Positions 63,409 to 64,000 of a stretch of DNA of 64,000 bases are shown piece after piece. The stretch comes from an uncultured Chroococcidiopsis sp. (lineage in GTDB: Bacteria; Cyanobacteriota; Cyanobacteriia; Cyanobacteriales; Chroococcidiopsidaceae), in contig CAXTYC010000010.1 in the NCBI GenBank assembly GCA_964248365.1, forward strand, positions 64,001 through 128,000, written 5' to 3'. A program made the position numbers and the translations under genes. The notes below the pieces were generated by a model. That model saw only the letters and a list, made by a program, of their open reading frames with translations, did not search any database and had not been told where the DNA came from. Numbering within the stretch: the stretch's first letter is position 1; each line of letters begins with the position of its first letter.

Positions 63409-63485
63409 GTAGGGTGGGCACCCACCATTATCATATTTGATGCGCTAGATCATCTACTGTTCACGAATGTTTTAGGATTGCTATA
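63409..63485. mobile_element. REP/MITE-like element copy
   Basis: GTAGGGTGGGCA..CCCACCATTATC..CATCTACTGTTCACGAATGTTTTAGGATTGCTATA. Confidence 0.65.
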
Positions 63486-63620
63486 GGTAAAAATGATTTT
63501 TCAAAAACAACTTGAAGAAGTAACAGCAGCTACTATAATTAGCTTGATAATATTTGTATTGGTATTGTTTTCAACTTGTATTTGACTTTTTTTAACAGGT
63601 AGGTAGGCAATACCCACCTA

Positions 63621-64000
63621 CTATTCATTGCTCAAATATACAATTTTATCTCTTACCCATGCTCGAAATGATTTGAGCAAGGCAATTTCCCCTAGTATTT
63701 TACTCTGTTCAACAAATCTATTTATGTCAGGCGGGGATACGAGGGGAAAGGCAAGGCTAGACTCGCACTCAACATATTGTCCTTCTACCAATTGATAAAA
63801 TTTTAAATCTCGTCCGTTATATCTCCAAAGTTCGGGAACTCCCAAGGCTGAATAAATACCAAATTTGTTAACAGAACTGTTAGTAATATCAATCTCAATC
63901 GCTAAGTCAGGCGGCAAATTTGTTTCTAAATCTAATTCTTGCCTACCTCTAACTGCAAGTTCATTTTGAATATAGTAACAATTATCAGGTTCTATTCCTC
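63621..64000 (-). CDS. Uma2 family endonuclease, 5' end outside window
   Basis: GIEPDNCYYIQN..PPDLAIEIDIT..IYSALGVPELWRY..SLAFP. Confidence 0.9.
   Translation of the reverse strand, partial: GIEPDNCYYIQNELAVRGRQELDLETNLPPDLAIEIDITNSSVNKFGIYSALGVPELWRYNGRDLKFYQLVEGQYVECESSLAFPLVSPPDINRFVEQSKILGEIALLKSFRAWVRDKIVYLSNE

Larger units (their letters stand above)
1..64000. repeat. HIP1 octamer GCGATCGC dispersed through the window
   Basis: Dozens of copies in housekeeping, taxis and kinase genes; cyanobacterial hallmark. Confidence 0.9.

Noticed and set aside
1..64000. CRISPR array, rRNA or tRNA genes
   Set aside because: No regularly spaced 25-45 bp repeats with unique spacers and no recognisable structural RNA; tandem repeats seen are 7-8 bp STRRs

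Overview
Cyanobacterial chromosome segment (frequent HIP1 octamer GCGATCGC, heptameric STRR tracts, REP/MITE-like elements). In order: the 3' part of argD; a decayed chromosomal integron not visible in the ORF track (intI pseudogene, attI, an inactivated first cassette, a MITE-broken attC, a DruA-like fragment, xisH/xisI and an intact attC whose core GTT is the stop codon of prlC); prlC; a MITE-interrupted GIY-YIG gene; a pix/tax-type phototaxis cluster with two tandem cyanobacteriochrome MCPs; a ~24 kb polysaccharide cluster resembling the start of the Anabaena HEP island (rfbF-lhgO-epimerase, C-methyltransferase, rfbC, putative Fe/2OG dioxygenase, DUF4910, glycosyltransferases, hepC-like, wzx, wzy-like, GH lipoprotein); an omega-aminotransferase pseudogene with an in-frame 117 bp insertion; recR (probable non-canonical start), a pentapeptide lipoprotein, a Ser/Thr kinase-WD40, era, pfkA; an MCP-less CHASE3 hybrid kinase-CheR-CheB-hybrid kinase module; and a partial Uma2 gene. 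No rRNA, tRNA or CRISPR array was seen. Family assignments come from motif recognition by eye, not from database searches.
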